Notes under the pieces: model-generated | What the model was told of the DNA's origin: nothing | Seen by the model: only the letters and a program-made list of their open reading frames with translations | The model's database searches: none | Made by a program: the position numbers and the translations under genes | In this document: positions 47,652 to 57,689 of the stretch, piece after piece | Layout of the letters: every line of letters begins with the position of its first letter | How positions within the stretch are numbered: the stretch's first letter is position 1 | DNA from: Gammaproteobacteria bacterium | GTDB lineage: Bacteria; Pseudomonadota; Gammaproteobacteria; Eutrophobiales; Eutrophobiaceae | Assembly: GCA_963422205.2 (NCBI GenBank) | Contig: CAXMWX010000011.1 | Coordinates: 96,001 to 160,000 of the forward strand | Direction: 5' to 3' | DNA length: 64,000 bases

Positions 47652-49967
47652 CTACTGATAGATATCTGCTGCTGCCGCCTCGGCCACATAATACCAGCCA
47701 GTTGAGTTGAGTTTGTAGTAGGAAATAATGCGCTCACCTGCCCCCTCATCAACCAGCATCAGGCCATGCTCAGAGGTGCTGTCCCGGATACTGGCAACGA
47801 CTTCCTGATAGTGATATGCCGGCAGTTCAGCCGCCGTATTGATCAAGGTGCCCACGGCATATTGCTCCGCCTTGTCTTGTGTGCTGACGACCACCCGGCC
47901 CTCGTTATCCAGCAGATAGGCCGCATGAATGTCCTGCATGGCCTCGGTGATGAGCAAATGCTCACGGATGTAATCCAGGGTCATTTCAACGGCGGCAACG
48001 CCAATGATGATGCCCTCGGTGTCGTACAGCGGTGTCGTGCAGGGTAACATCCAGCCCCGCCCGGTGACATCAATATACGGCAGGGTCCAGCCAGTTCGCC
48101 GCTGCTGCAATGCCTGCCGGTACCAGGGCCGCTGCCTCGGATCGTATACCTCTGTATAGCCCGTCCGGCCTGGGTAGTCCATCAGAAATCCTTCCTCCAG
48201 GCCCAGAAAGGTGCTGATCGGCAGACCGGCAGAGCGGATCACCTGCCGGATAGCGGCCACATCGTTTATGGGGATGTCCAGATCATGGCTACGCACGATA
48301 AGCCGCTTGAGGGTGTGCCGTAGCGGATTGAGCCGGCGAATGACTGGCTCCGCTGCCCTCCGGGTCACGCCCGGTGCCAGCTTGTATACCGGCCAGTCAA
48401 CACTGATGGGGATGTTGTGCGCCGGCGCCGGGGTATAATCCGGAGGGGCGGTATCGGCAATCAGGTAATCCGTGTGCAGGTAATACGGGGACGGGTCGGC
48501 ATGACCATGATTCAACAAATTACTGGCAGCGGCAGCAATGCCCTCTAAAATGGCTTCATACTCCAGAAACCGGCTGTCTATGTGCTGTGCCTGGCTGCCG
48601 ACTTGTCGCAGGAAATCGCTGGTATGCTCGGCGGCCAGCTGTGCCTGAATCCGATCTTTCTGGTGCATGTATAGCGTGCCTGCGGTGATAACAAAGGCAG
48701 CGATGATGCTGTAGGCAAAGATATTAAATGCCGCCACACGATGCCGGTTCATCCACCGGGCGGCTTGCTGTACGAGCGTATCCGGCTGTGCCTGAATGGC
48801 CCTACCATTTAGAAAACGCCGGATATCAGTGGCAAACTCATCCACTGTGTCATAACGATCTTCCGGCTTGAACCGGGTTGCCTTGTGGACAATCGCAATC
48901 AGCGGCCCGGGCACCTCCAGCTTGCGAGAGAAGGGAATGGGTTTTCTTATCTTGCCCTTGCGTGCCTCGCTGAGTAACAGAATATGATTATGCCCCTTAT
49001 AGGGTTTACGCAAGATAATCAATTCATAGAGAATCAGCCCCAGGGTAAATAAATCACTTCGATGATCCAGCATCTCATGTTTGCCCATCGCCTGTTCAGG
49101 CGACATATACGCCGGCGTACCCAGCATATCACCTGACTGGGTCACCCCTCCGATCTGTGCATCGTTATCATCATGTATTGACTGTTGTGCCAGTTCCGTA
49201 TACGTATCGTCGCTCAGGTTGATGACCTTGGCGATCCCCCAGTCCATCACATAGACATCATTGTAGGGGCCGACCATAATATTCAACGGCTTCAAGTCAC
49301 GATGTATCACGCCTTTCCTATGGGCATAGTGCATGGCATCACAGACTTTCAGAAAATGTTGCAGCAAGGCGGCCAGATTATGCCTCTCGTCCGGCCTCCC
49401 CCATTGCCTGACTTGCTCCCTGGCATCCTCCAGCATGTCTTTCAGGGTTTTGCCATCGATCAGTTTCATGGTGTAACCGACATGATTCTGTACCACTCTC
49501 ATCCGGTAGATGGGCACGATATTGGGATGTTCCAGCTGGGCGGTGATCTGTGCCTCTTTGAAGAACCGCACCATGTAATTCGGCTCATCGGCAATATGTG
49601 AATGAATCTTCTTCAGCGCCACCGTGCGCCCCAGTTCATTATCCCTGGCCATCAGTATCTCACCCATCGCCCCATGAGCAATGGACTGCAACACGGTAAA
49701 CTCATGATCATCAAGATGGCGGGTTCGGGTAGCAAAGGACTCCTGGATATGCCCGGCACTGTGATCGGTGATACTGGTCAGATGGCTGCTCTCTATGCTT
49801 TGCACCGCCTCGTACTCATCCGGGCTGATCTGATTGCCCGCATAAAGATCATCAATGAAACCATAGACATCATCATTGCAATACTGATCCTGATACTCTG
49901 AATACAGCTTATCCAGCTTCTCACCAGGTAATGAATGGATGCTCTGTTTTATCTGTACTGGTATCAT
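47652..49967 (-). CDS. Hanks-type Ser/Thr receptor kinase with TM helix and extracytoplasmic dCache domain
   Basis: VALK, HRDLKPLN, DWG, GTPAYMSPEQ; TM AAFNIFAYSIIAAFVITAG; YDPRQRPWY...PYID Cache motif. Confidence 0.88.
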   Translation of the reverse strand: MIPVQIKQSIHSLPGEKLDKLYSEYQDQYCNDDVYGFIDDLYAGNQISPDEYEAVQSIESSHLTSITDHSAGHIQESFATRTRHLDDHEFTVLQSIAHGAMGEILMARDNELGRTVALKKIHSHIADEPNYMVRFFKEAQITAQLEHPNIVPIYRMRVVQNHVGYTMKLIDGKTLKDMLEDAREQVRQWGRPDERHNLAALLQHFLKVCDAMHYAHRKGVIHRDLKPLNIMVGPYNDVYVMDWGIAKVINLSDDTYTELAQQSIHDDNDAQIGGVTQSGDMLGTPAYMSPEQAMGKHEMLDHRSDLFTLGLILYELIILRKPYKGHNHILLLSEARKGKIRKPIPFSRKLEVPGPLIAIVHKATRFKPEDRYDTVDEFATDIRRFLNGRAIQAQPDTLVQQAARWMNRHRVAAFNIFAYSIIAAFVITAGTLYMHQKDRIQAQLAAEHTSDFLRQVGSQAQHIDSRFLEYEAILEGIAAAASNLLNHGHADPSPYYLHTDYLIADTAPPDYTPAPAHNIPISVDWPVYKLAPGVTRRAAEPVIRRLNPLRHTLKRLIVRSHDLDIPINDVAAIRQVIRSAGLPISTFLGLEEGFLMDYPGRTGYTEVYDPRQRPWYRQALQQRRTGWTLPYIDVTGRGWMLPCTTPLYDTEGIIIGVAAVEMTLDYIREHLLITEAMQDIHAAYLLDNEGRVVVSTQDKAEQYAVGTLINTAAELPAYHYQEVVASIRDSTSEHGLMLVDEGAGERIISYYKLNSTGWYYVAEAAAADIYQ

Positions 49968-50171
49968 GCGCCAATCTGACCCCTAATAACCGAACGACAT
50001 AAGGCTCGCCATGAGTATAGCAAAATAGAGGATGAGATAAAATGAACACGGGCAAGCGCTGACAGGACGACACCACCGATACTGCTACAACGTGAAAGCA
50101 AGCTGATGATTGGCGCTGGCGCCGTGCTTTGATCACCCCCTTAACTCAAGCGAGGCGTATCATCTTGCCGG

Positions 50172-50789
50172 TTAATCAAGCAAGTGTTTAAGCTGTCGAT
50201 AATCTTCCGGTCGATCCAGATCGTGTTTCTCATCCAGTTCAAAGCAGGATAAGCCCATGCGCTGTATCCTGTTTCTTGTTTGTGACAAGACAGTCGCTTC
50301 ACCCCAGTCTATATCAGCAAACAACGCCGCGTATGCCTCCCTCAGACCAATCAGATAATAGCCCCCATCCACTGCCGGCCCCAGCACGACATCATAACCT
50401 GCATTCAGTTTACTCATGCCTTGAGCAAGATCGGCAGTCGTCAATGCCGGACAATCACAGCCAACAATCATCGTATTTTTATACTGCCTCAAGCTCTGCT
50501 TGCAGGCGTTTAACATCCGCTCGCCCAGGGTCATGCCCTGCTGCAAAGATAACCTGATAGCAAACTCCGCTGCCAGGGATTCCAGCAACGGGTCGGCCAG
50601 CGTGGGCGTTGCCCAAAGATAGCTGTCCCATTCATCAGAGGCAGTCGCCGTTGCGATAGTCTTGTGCAGTAATTTCTGATAAATACACCGGGTTTGCTGC
50701 TCGCCGTATGCCGCCAGCAAGCGGGTTTTCACCCGCCCTGATAACGGCGTTTTGGTAAACAGTAAAACCGCCGTGCAAGGCTCAGTCAT
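50172..50789 (-). CDS. DUF2064 / TIGR04282-type transferase
   Basis: FTKTP..GRVKTRL, QQG.TLGERM, VGCDCP, LGPAVDGGYYLIG, DLDRPED. Confidence 0.85.
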   Translation of the reverse strand: MTEPCTAVLLFTKTPLSGRVKTRLLAAYGEQQTRCIYQKLLHKTIATATASDEWDSYLWATPTLADPLLESLAAEFAIRLSLQQGMTLGERMLNACKQSLRQYKNTMIVGCDCPALTTADLAQGMSKLNAGYDVVLGPAVDGGYYLIGLREAYAALFADIDWGEATVLSQTRNRIQRMGLSCFELDEKHDLDRPEDYRQLKHLLD

Positions 50790-51453
50790 ATTGCCTGGCA
50801 AGTGCTGCCGGGTCCCGGCCCAAATACCAGGCTAATCGTAACCACCACATATTCAGTATGGTGCGGAATATCCCTCTCTCCTCCCAGCGGCGGCTGGAGG
50901 TGATCACCGGCTGCCGGATGATGGCCGGACGTTGCAAGGCACGTAACCGTCGGCACAGATCAATATCCTCCATTAACGCAATCTCCGCATAACCATGCAA
51001 TGCGAGAAAGGTTGCCCGGCGTACAAACAGGCATTGATCACCGGTCGCCACAGCGGTCAAAAAACTGCGGCAGTTCATGCCGGCCTCAATCAGGCGAAAT
51101 ACACAATGCTGACCGGATAATCGGACAAGGAAAAATCCCCAGACTGAACGCTGTAATGCCGCCAGCAGCAGCTGATCAAAATCATCAACCAGCAAGGTAT
51201 CGGCATGCAGAAACAGCAGGGCATCGCCATCCGCAATGGCGGCACCGGCATTCATCTGCACTGCCCGACCTTGAGGGGCGGTAATGATTTTATCTGCACA
51301 GGCTGTAAACATATCGACACTGTTATCTTCACTGCCGCCATCAACCACGATCACCTCATGCCCGTGCTGACGTGCAGCTTGCAGGCCCGGCAGGATACCG
51401 GCGGCCTGATCTGCCTCGTTCAATACCGGTATGATAATGGACAGCGTGTGCAT
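50782..51453 (-). CDS. TIGR04283-type family 2 glycosyltransferase
   Basis: SIIIPVLNE, VVDGGS, GRAVQMNAGA, FLHADT, TGDQCLF, LMED, TSSRRW. Confidence 0.88.
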   Translation of the reverse strand: MHTLSIIIPVLNEADQAAGILPGLQAARQHGHEVIVVDGGSEDNSVDMFTACADKIITAPQGRAVQMNAGAAIADGDALLFLHADTLLVDDFDQLLLAALQRSVWGFFLVRLSGQHCVFRLIEAGMNCRSFLTAVATGDQCLFVRRATFLALHGYAEIALMEDIDLCRRLRALQRPAIIRQPVITSSRRWEERGIFRTILNMWWLRLAWYLGRDPAALARQYD

Positions 51454-51478
51454 CTGACAGGCAAACAGGCTCGCTGTA

Positions 51479-52273
51479 TCACACCGCCACCGGTGCCGCT
51501 ATGGCGGCGTGTGATTGATAATTCTGCAAGGCAAAATCATCATAGCCAAAAGCAAAGAGATCGCCTATATCGGGGTTTATCTGCATGACCGGCAGCGGAT
51601 AGGGCTTACGCCCAAGCTGCTCATCAGCCTGTGGCAGATGATTGACATACAGATGCACATCGCCCGAGGTATGGATCAATTCACCCGCCCGCAAGCCGGT
51701 GACCTGTGCCATCATCAGGGTCAGCAAGGCATAAGAGGCGATATTAAATGGCAGCCCCAGAAACACATCCACACTGCGTTGATATAACTGACAAGATAAC
51801 GCACCGCCCGCAACATAGAACTGAAACAGCACATGACAGGGCGGCAGTGCCATCCTGGCCAGCTCGCCCACATTCCAGGCACTGACTAGCAGCCGCCGGG
51901 AGTTTGGTTTGGTCTTTATCTCGGCAATGACATCGGCGATTTGATCCACCGTTGTGCCATCGGCCGTGCGCCATGAACGCCACTGCGCCCCGTAGATTGG
52001 GCCGAGATCGCCCGCCGCATCCGCCCATTCATCCCAGATAGTCACGCCGTTATCTCGCAGATAGCCCACATTTGAACTGCCGTTAAGGAACCACAACAAC
52101 TCGTGAATGACCGACTTGACATGCACTTTTTTTGTCGTCACCACAGGAAACCCGGCTGCCAGGTTAAAACGCATTTGATGGCCGAACACGCTCAAGGTAC
52201 CCGTACCGGTGCGATCCATTTTTCGGCTGCCATGCTGGCGAACGTGCTCAAGTAATTGCAGGTATTGTTGCAT
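51479..52273 (-). CDS. thyA: Thymidylate synthase
   Basis: [36 protein letters not shown]. Confidence 0.96.
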   Translation of the reverse strand: MQQYLQLLEHVRQHGSRKMDRTGTGTLSVFGHQMRFNLAAGFPVVTTKKVHVKSVIHELLWFLNGSSNVGYLRDNGVTIWDEWADAAGDLGPIYGAQWRSWRTADGTTVDQIADVIAEIKTKPNSRRLLVSAWNVGELARMALPPCHVLFQFYVAGGALSCQLYQRSVDVFLGLPFNIASYALLTLMMAQVTGLRAGELIHTSGDVHLYVNHLPQADEQLGRKPYPLPVMQINPDIGDLFAFGYDDFALQNYQSHAAIAAPVAV

Positions 52274-52331
52274 TCGGCAAGGCGTTCCGTGTGTTAGACG
52301 GCTGGCATCATAATCTGTTTGACGGCAGGGT

Positions 52332-53123
52332 TTAATCGATTTTTGCCGGGCGCCGGTAAGCACACCACAACAGCCCGGCCCCCAGCAGGATCATCGGGAT
52401 ACAGAGCAGTTGCCCACGGGTCATCCAGTGTGCAATCAGGCCGGTCAAGTGGCTGTCCGGTGCACGCACAAACTCAACCAGAAATCTGACTGTACCATAA
52501 CCGAGCAAAAACACGCCGGACACCGACATGGCCGGCCGGGGCCTGGCGCTGAACCACCACAGCAAAACAAACAGTCCAATGCCCTCCAGCATCGCTTCAT
52601 AGAGTTGTGATGGATGACGGGCGATGTTACCGGCATTCGGGAACACCATGCCCCAGGGCAGATCCGTTGGTCGCCCCCACAATTCTGCATTGATAAAATT
52701 CCCCAGCCGACCGGTAAACAAGCCCACAGGCACGACCGGGGCGAGATAATCAGCAACAGCGAAAAACGGCTTCTGCTCACGGTAAGCGACATACCCGATG
52801 GCAACCACCACCCCAAGCAGCCCGCCATGAAACGACATCCCGCCCTGCCACAGCTTGATCATATCCAGCGGGTTATCCAGATAATACGGCAGATGATAGA
52901 ACACCACCGAGCCCAGGCGCCCGCCAACCAGGATGCCGATGGTAGAATAGAAAATCAGATCCGCCACCTGCCCGGCCGTCCAGCCGCTGCCCGCTGCACT
53001 GGTGCGCCAATGCAGCAACCACCAGGCGGAAAAAATACCCACCACATAGCTGATGCCGTACCAGTGAATTTTAACCGGCCCTAACTCAAAGGCGACCGGA
53101 TCGATGCCCGGAAAAGTCAACAC
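52332..53123 (-). CDS. lgt: Prolipoprotein diacylglyceryl transferase
   Basis: [34 protein letters not shown]. Confidence 0.96.
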   Translation of the reverse strand: MLTFPGIDPVAFELGPVKIHWYGISYVVGIFSAWWLLHWRTSAAGSGWTAGQVADLIFYSTIGILVGGRLGSVVFYHLPYYLDNPLDMIKLWQGGMSFHGGLLGVVVAIGYVAYREQKPFFAVADYLAPVVPVGLFTGRLGNFINAELWGRPTDLPWGMVFPNAGNIARHPSQLYEAMLEGIGLFVLLWWFSARPRPAMSVSGVFLLGYGTVRFLVEFVRAPDSHLTGLIAHWMTRGQLLCIPMILLGAGLLWCAYRRPAKID

Positions 53124-53126
53124 AGG

Positions 53127-53154
53127 AACGTCAACATGCCAACGTCAACATGCC
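53127..53154. repeat. 14-bp tandem duplication just upstream of lgt
   Basis: aacgtcaacatgcc x2. Confidence 0.85.
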
Positions 53155-53357
53155 CACAGGAGATGCCCCGGCAGGCGGGCGGGCGAATAGTATCTACAAC
53201 ACATCAGCGTATGTCTGATAACAGCCTCCGGGTAGCCCCTCATCTGGCGCATCAGCCTGCCCCTGTCAACAGGCTGGACGCATGATGAATGATACCCGGC
53301 TTTTTCTCAAGATTAAGCGCAAAAAAGCCGGTATAGTACACCGCTGAAGAAAGCACC

Positions 53358-55454
53358 ATGGCAGCACTTAACCGAAGACAAAACCGGCTCGCCGCCGAGA
53401 CCAGCCCCTACCTGCAACAACACGCCGACAATCCGGTCGACTGGTATCCCTGGGGCGAGGAGGCCCTGGCCAGGGCGAGGGATGAGGACAGGCCCATCCT
53501 GTTATCCATCGGCTATTCCGCCTGCCACTGGTGTCATGTCATGGCGCATGAATCCTTTGCCGATGAGGCCACCGCCACATTGATGAACCGCTATTTCGTC
53601 AATATCAAGGTTGACCGGGAAGAACGGCCGGATATTGACAAAATCTACCAAAGCGCCCAGCACCTGCTGACCGGCCGGACCGGCGGCTGGCCGTTGACCA
53701 TGTTCCTGACACCAGCCGATCAGGTGCCGTTCTTCGGCGGCACCTATTTTCCACCGACACCACGCCATGGCCTGCCCGGCTTTGGCGAATTGCTCAACCG
53801 CATTCATGCCCTCTATGATAACCGGCGGGACGATATCAGCGAGCAGAATGCCGCCTTCCTGACGGCACTGGCACAATCATCACCCGCCCTCAAGGCATCA
53901 GAGCAGACTGTGCCAGACCTCGCGCCCGTGGTGGCGTGCATTGAAAAATTGCAGGGCGCCTTTGACCGGCAGCATGGGGGCTTCGGTGCAGCACCGAAAT
54001 TCCCCCACCCCAGCAACCTGACGCTGCTGCTGCAATGCCAACGGCTGAAGCTGGCCGAACAAACCAGACAAACCGCACGGACGATGTGCCTGCTCACGCT
54101 GGAGAGAATGGCGGCAGGCGGCATCTACGATCACCTGGCGGGCGGCTTTTGTCGTTACGCCGTTGATGCCGCCTGGCAGATCCCCCATTTTGAAAAAATG
54201 TTATACGACAACGGGCCGCTGCTCGCCCTGTATGCCGAGGCCAGCCAGCTTGACCCGAACAACCCGGTGTTTGCAGCCGTTGTCCGGGAGACAGCCGCCT
54301 GGGTACAGCAAGACATGCAGGCCGAACAAGGCGGCTATTATTCCTCGCTGGATGCGGACTCAGAAGGCGAGGAAGGCCGGTTTTATGTCTGGGACAGGCA
54401 GGAGCTCGCCAGCTTGCTGGATGCACAGCAATTTGCCCTGTTCAGCCAGCGTTACGGCCTTGATCGCCGTCCGAATTTTGAAGGCAAATGGCATCTTTAC
54501 GCCAGCAAAACAATCGCCGAGGTGGCCAGCGGGCAAGACCTCACGCCAGAGAGTACGCACAAGGCCCTCGCCCAGGCCCGACAGACCGTGCTGAAGCATC
54601 GCTCACAACGGCCCCGGCCGGGACGTGATGAGAAGATCCTCACCGCCTGGAATGCCATGATGATCACAGGTATGGCCATCGCCGCACGCCAGTGCGTCCA
54701 TGAGTCTACCAGGGACAGCTACCTGCACTCAGCAGAGGCGGCCCTGGCATTCATCCATGAGACGCTCTGGCAGAACCAGCGCCTGCTGGCGACCTGCAAA
54801 GATGGCACCGCCCACTTAAACGCCTATCTGGATGACTACGCCTTCACGATAGAGGCCATCCTGGCCGTGTTGGCCGTGCGCTGGAATACCCGTTGGCTGA
54901 ACTTTGCCATCGCCCTGGCCGAGGTGCTGCTGGCACAGTTCCATGCTCAGGAGAACGGCGGGTTTTTCTTCACCTCGCACGACCACGAGCGCCTGTTGCA
55001 ACGCCGCAAGGACTTTATGGACGATGCCCTGCCCGCCGGCAACGGCATCGCCGCACTGGGGCTGCTGCGGTTGGCACACCTGACGGGCAACCCGGCCTAC
55101 ATGCAGGCGGCTGAGAAGACGATAGCCGCCGCCAGCCCTCTCCTGCAACGGGCACCAGCGGCCTGCACCGCCATGGTGTGTGCGCTGATCGAATTTCACC
55201 GCCCGCTCGCCTCGGTGATCATTCGCGCCGATGAGGCAACGCAGCAGACATGGTGGCAGGCCATCTACGCACACGGCGGCCTGCACGTGCAATGTTACGC
55301 CATTCCTGCTGACAGCCCGCCACTGCCCGGTCTACTGGCCGAAAAACAGGCGCTGCATGACCAGCCCACGGCCTATATCTGCACCGGCTTCACCTGCCTG
55401 GCACCAGCGCATGATCTCAACAGCATTTTAACCGCCTTGGACAGCCTGAATTAA
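53358..55454 (+). CDS. Thioredoxin-domain protein, YyaL/SSP411 (DUF255) family
   Basis: [49 protein letters not shown]. Confidence 0.92.
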   Translation: MAALNRRQNRLAAETSPYLQQHADNPVDWYPWGEEALARARDEDRPILLSIGYSACHWCHVMAHESFADEATATLMNRYFVNIKVDREERPDIDKIYQSAQHLLTGRTGGWPLTMFLTPADQVPFFGGTYFPPTPRHGLPGFGELLNRIHALYDNRRDDISEQNAAFLTALAQSSPALKASEQTVPDLAPVVACIEKLQGAFDRQHGGFGAAPKFPHPSNLTLLLQCQRLKLAEQTRQTARTMCLLTLERMAAGGIYDHLAGGFCRYAVDAAWQIPHFEKMLYDNGPLLALYAEASQLDPNNPVFAAVVRETAAWVQQDMQAEQGGYYSSLDADSEGEEGRFYVWDRQELASLLDAQQFALFSQRYGLDRRPNFEGKWHLYASKTIAEVASGQDLTPESTHKALAQARQTVLKHRSQRPRPGRDEKILTAWNAMMITGMAIAARQCVHESTRDSYLHSAEAALAFIHETLWQNQRLLATCKDGTAHLNAYLDDYAFTIEAILAVLAVRWNTRWLNFAIALAEVLLAQFHAQENGGFFFTSHDHERLLQRRKDFMDDALPAGNGIAALGLLRLAHLTGNPAYMQAAEKTIAAASPLLQRAPAACTAMVCALIEFHRPLASVIIRADEATQQTWWQAIYAHGGLHVQCYAIPADSPPLPGLLAEKQALHDQPTAYICTGFTCLAPAHDLNSILTALDSLN

Positions 55455-55587
55455 CGATGTCATAATGCCCGCCCATTCGGACAGGCTCGCTGCTGATGCA
55501 AGCAAACGATAACGATGCAAACACATCGACATATCAACACAGCGCCTTACGAGCCTGCTTTTCAATATTCATCGTTGGGGAAGCTAA

Positions 55588-57396
55588 ATGAATAGTGATA
55601 ACACCGGTTTATCCCAGTGGGTGGACGACTTCGCCGAGTTATGCCGTCCTGAGACCATCATCTGGTGTGATGGCAGCCGCCAGGAGCACGATCAGGTCTG
55701 CGCTCTGCTGCTGCAAACCGGCGCGGCAAAACGGCTCAACCCGGCGCTGCGCCCGAACAGCTATCTGGTGTGGTCTGATCCGGCGGATGTTGCCCGGGTG
55801 GAAGATCGCACGTTTATCTGCTCTGAAGATCAGGCTGATGCCGGCCCGACCAACAACTGGCAGGCGCCGGCGGCCATGCGGGAGACACTGCGTGGTCTGT
55901 TTACCGGCTGTATGCAGGGGCGCACCCTGTATGTGATCCCGTTCAGCATGGGGCCGATAGGCTCGCCCGGCGCCCATATCGGCGTACAGCTGACCGACTC
56001 CCCCTATGTGGTCGCCAGTATGCACATCATGACCCGGGTCGGCAGCGAGGTATTGGAAGTATTGGGGAAAAGCACAGATTACGTCCCCTGCGTGCATTCG
56101 GTGGGTATGCCGCTGACCCGGGGCGTCAGCGATGTTCCCTGGCCCTGCAACAGCGCTAACCGCTACATCGTCCATTTCCCGGAAACCCGTGAGATCTGGT
56201 CGTTTGGCTCCGGCTATGGGGGCAATGCGCTGCTGGGCAAAAAATGCTTTGCCCTGCGTATCGCCTCGGTCATGGCCAGAGATCAGGGCTGGCTGGCCGA
56301 GCACATGCTGATCCTGAAGATCACCAGCCCTGAGGGCAGTTCACGTTATCTTGCGGCCGCCTTCCCCAGCGCCTGTGGCAAGACCAACCTGGCCATGCTG
56401 ACCCCGACCATGCCCGGCTGGCAAGTTGAGACCATCGGCGATGATATTTGCTGGATGAGGTTCGGCACAGACGGCCGGCTGTATGCCATCAATCCCGAGG
56501 CGGGCTTCTTCGGGGTGGCGCCCGGTACCGGTGCCAAGACCAACCACAATGCCATGCAGACCCTGACGAAAAACGGCATCTTCACCAACGTGGCCGAGAC
56601 GCCGGAGGGCGATGTCTGGTGGGAAGGCATGACCGCCGAGACACCGGCACAGCTTATCGACTGGCGGGGCAGGCCATGGACGCCGACGGCCGACACCCCG
56701 GCGGCGCACCCCAACGCCCGCTTTACCGTCCCGGCCAGCCAGTGTCCGGTCATCGCTGAGGAGTGGGACAGCCCACAGGGCGTCCCTATCAGTGCGATCC
56801 TCTTTGGCGGTCGGCGTGCCAGTGTTGTGCCGCTGGTCAATGAGGCCAGAGATTGGCGCCAGGGGGTGTTCTTTGGCTCCATCATCGCCTCTGAAAAAAC
56901 GGCCGCCGCCACCGGCAGGATCGGCCAGCTACGCCGTGACCCCATGGCCATGCTGCCTTTTTGCGGCTACAACATGGCCGACTACTGGCAGCACTGGCTG
57001 GACATGGGGGCTAAACCGGGCGCCAGGCTGCCTAAAATCTACTATGTCAACTGGTTCCGCAAAGATACCGCGGGCAACTTTATGTGGCCGGGTTTTGGCG
57101 AGAACAGCCGGGTATTGAAATGGATTTTTCAGCGCTGTGAAGGCACTGCCGAGGCCATTGACACCCCCATCGGTAACCTGCCTGAGATTGATGCGCTGGA
57201 CTTTACCGATCTTGCTGCCGTTGATGAGGCCAGTATTGCCGACTTGCTGAGAGTGGACATGGATGGCTGGCTGGAAGAAATCCCCCTGATCAGGCAGTAT
57301 TATGCACAGTTCGGCGATAAGGTGCCGGCTGTATTGCAGCAAGAGGTAGAGGCGCTTGAAACCCGGCTGCTGAGTGCCAAGCAGGCGGCCGCCTGA
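55588..57396 (+). CDS. pckG: Phosphoenolpyruvate carboxykinase (GTP)
   Basis: [49 protein letters not shown]. Confidence 0.96.
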   Translation: MNSDNTGLSQWVDDFAELCRPETIIWCDGSRQEHDQVCALLLQTGAAKRLNPALRPNSYLVWSDPADVARVEDRTFICSEDQADAGPTNNWQAPAAMRETLRGLFTGCMQGRTLYVIPFSMGPIGSPGAHIGVQLTDSPYVVASMHIMTRVGSEVLEVLGKSTDYVPCVHSVGMPLTRGVSDVPWPCNSANRYIVHFPETREIWSFGSGYGGNALLGKKCFALRIASVMARDQGWLAEHMLILKITSPEGSSRYLAAAFPSACGKTNLAMLTPTMPGWQVETIGDDICWMRFGTDGRLYAINPEAGFFGVAPGTGAKTNHNAMQTLTKNGIFTNVAETPEGDVWWEGMTAETPAQLIDWRGRPWTPTADTPAAHPNARFTVPASQCPVIAEEWDSPQGVPISAILFGGRRASVVPLVNEARDWRQGVFFGSIIASEKTAAATGRIGQLRRDPMAMLPFCGYNMADYWQHWLDMGAKPGARLPKIYYVNWFRKDTAGNFMWPGFGENSRVLKWIFQRCEGTAEAIDTPIGNLPEIDALDFTDLAAVDEASIADLLRVDMDGWLEEIPLIRQYYAQFGDKVPAVLQQEVEALETRLLSAKQAAA

Positions 57397-57417
57397 TCCT
57401 GGCGCTGTCCCAAAGGC

Positions 57418-57447
57418 GATATTTCTGACGGGGATATTTCTGACAGG
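57418..57447. repeat. 15-bp near-exact tandem duplication downstream of pckG
   Basis: gatatttctgacggg gatatttctgacagg. Confidence 0.75.
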
Positions 57448-57689
57448 CCCATCGTCATGCCAGTCGGGGTGATCAGCCGGTGGCACGATGGCGCACGATA
57501 AGGATGGCTGCACGCCGCCCGTGGTCGGTGGTCGGCAGTCGGCTGGACCCGCTGCAACATCCGCATGATAAGGCCAGCGGGGGGTGAGCGGATATGAAGC
57601 CAGCCGGGTTTTACGCCGGTTCGCTGCGATGCTGTACCCATTCCATCCAGTCCATCAGAGGCCGGGCGTCTTGTGATGCCGGGATGCGG

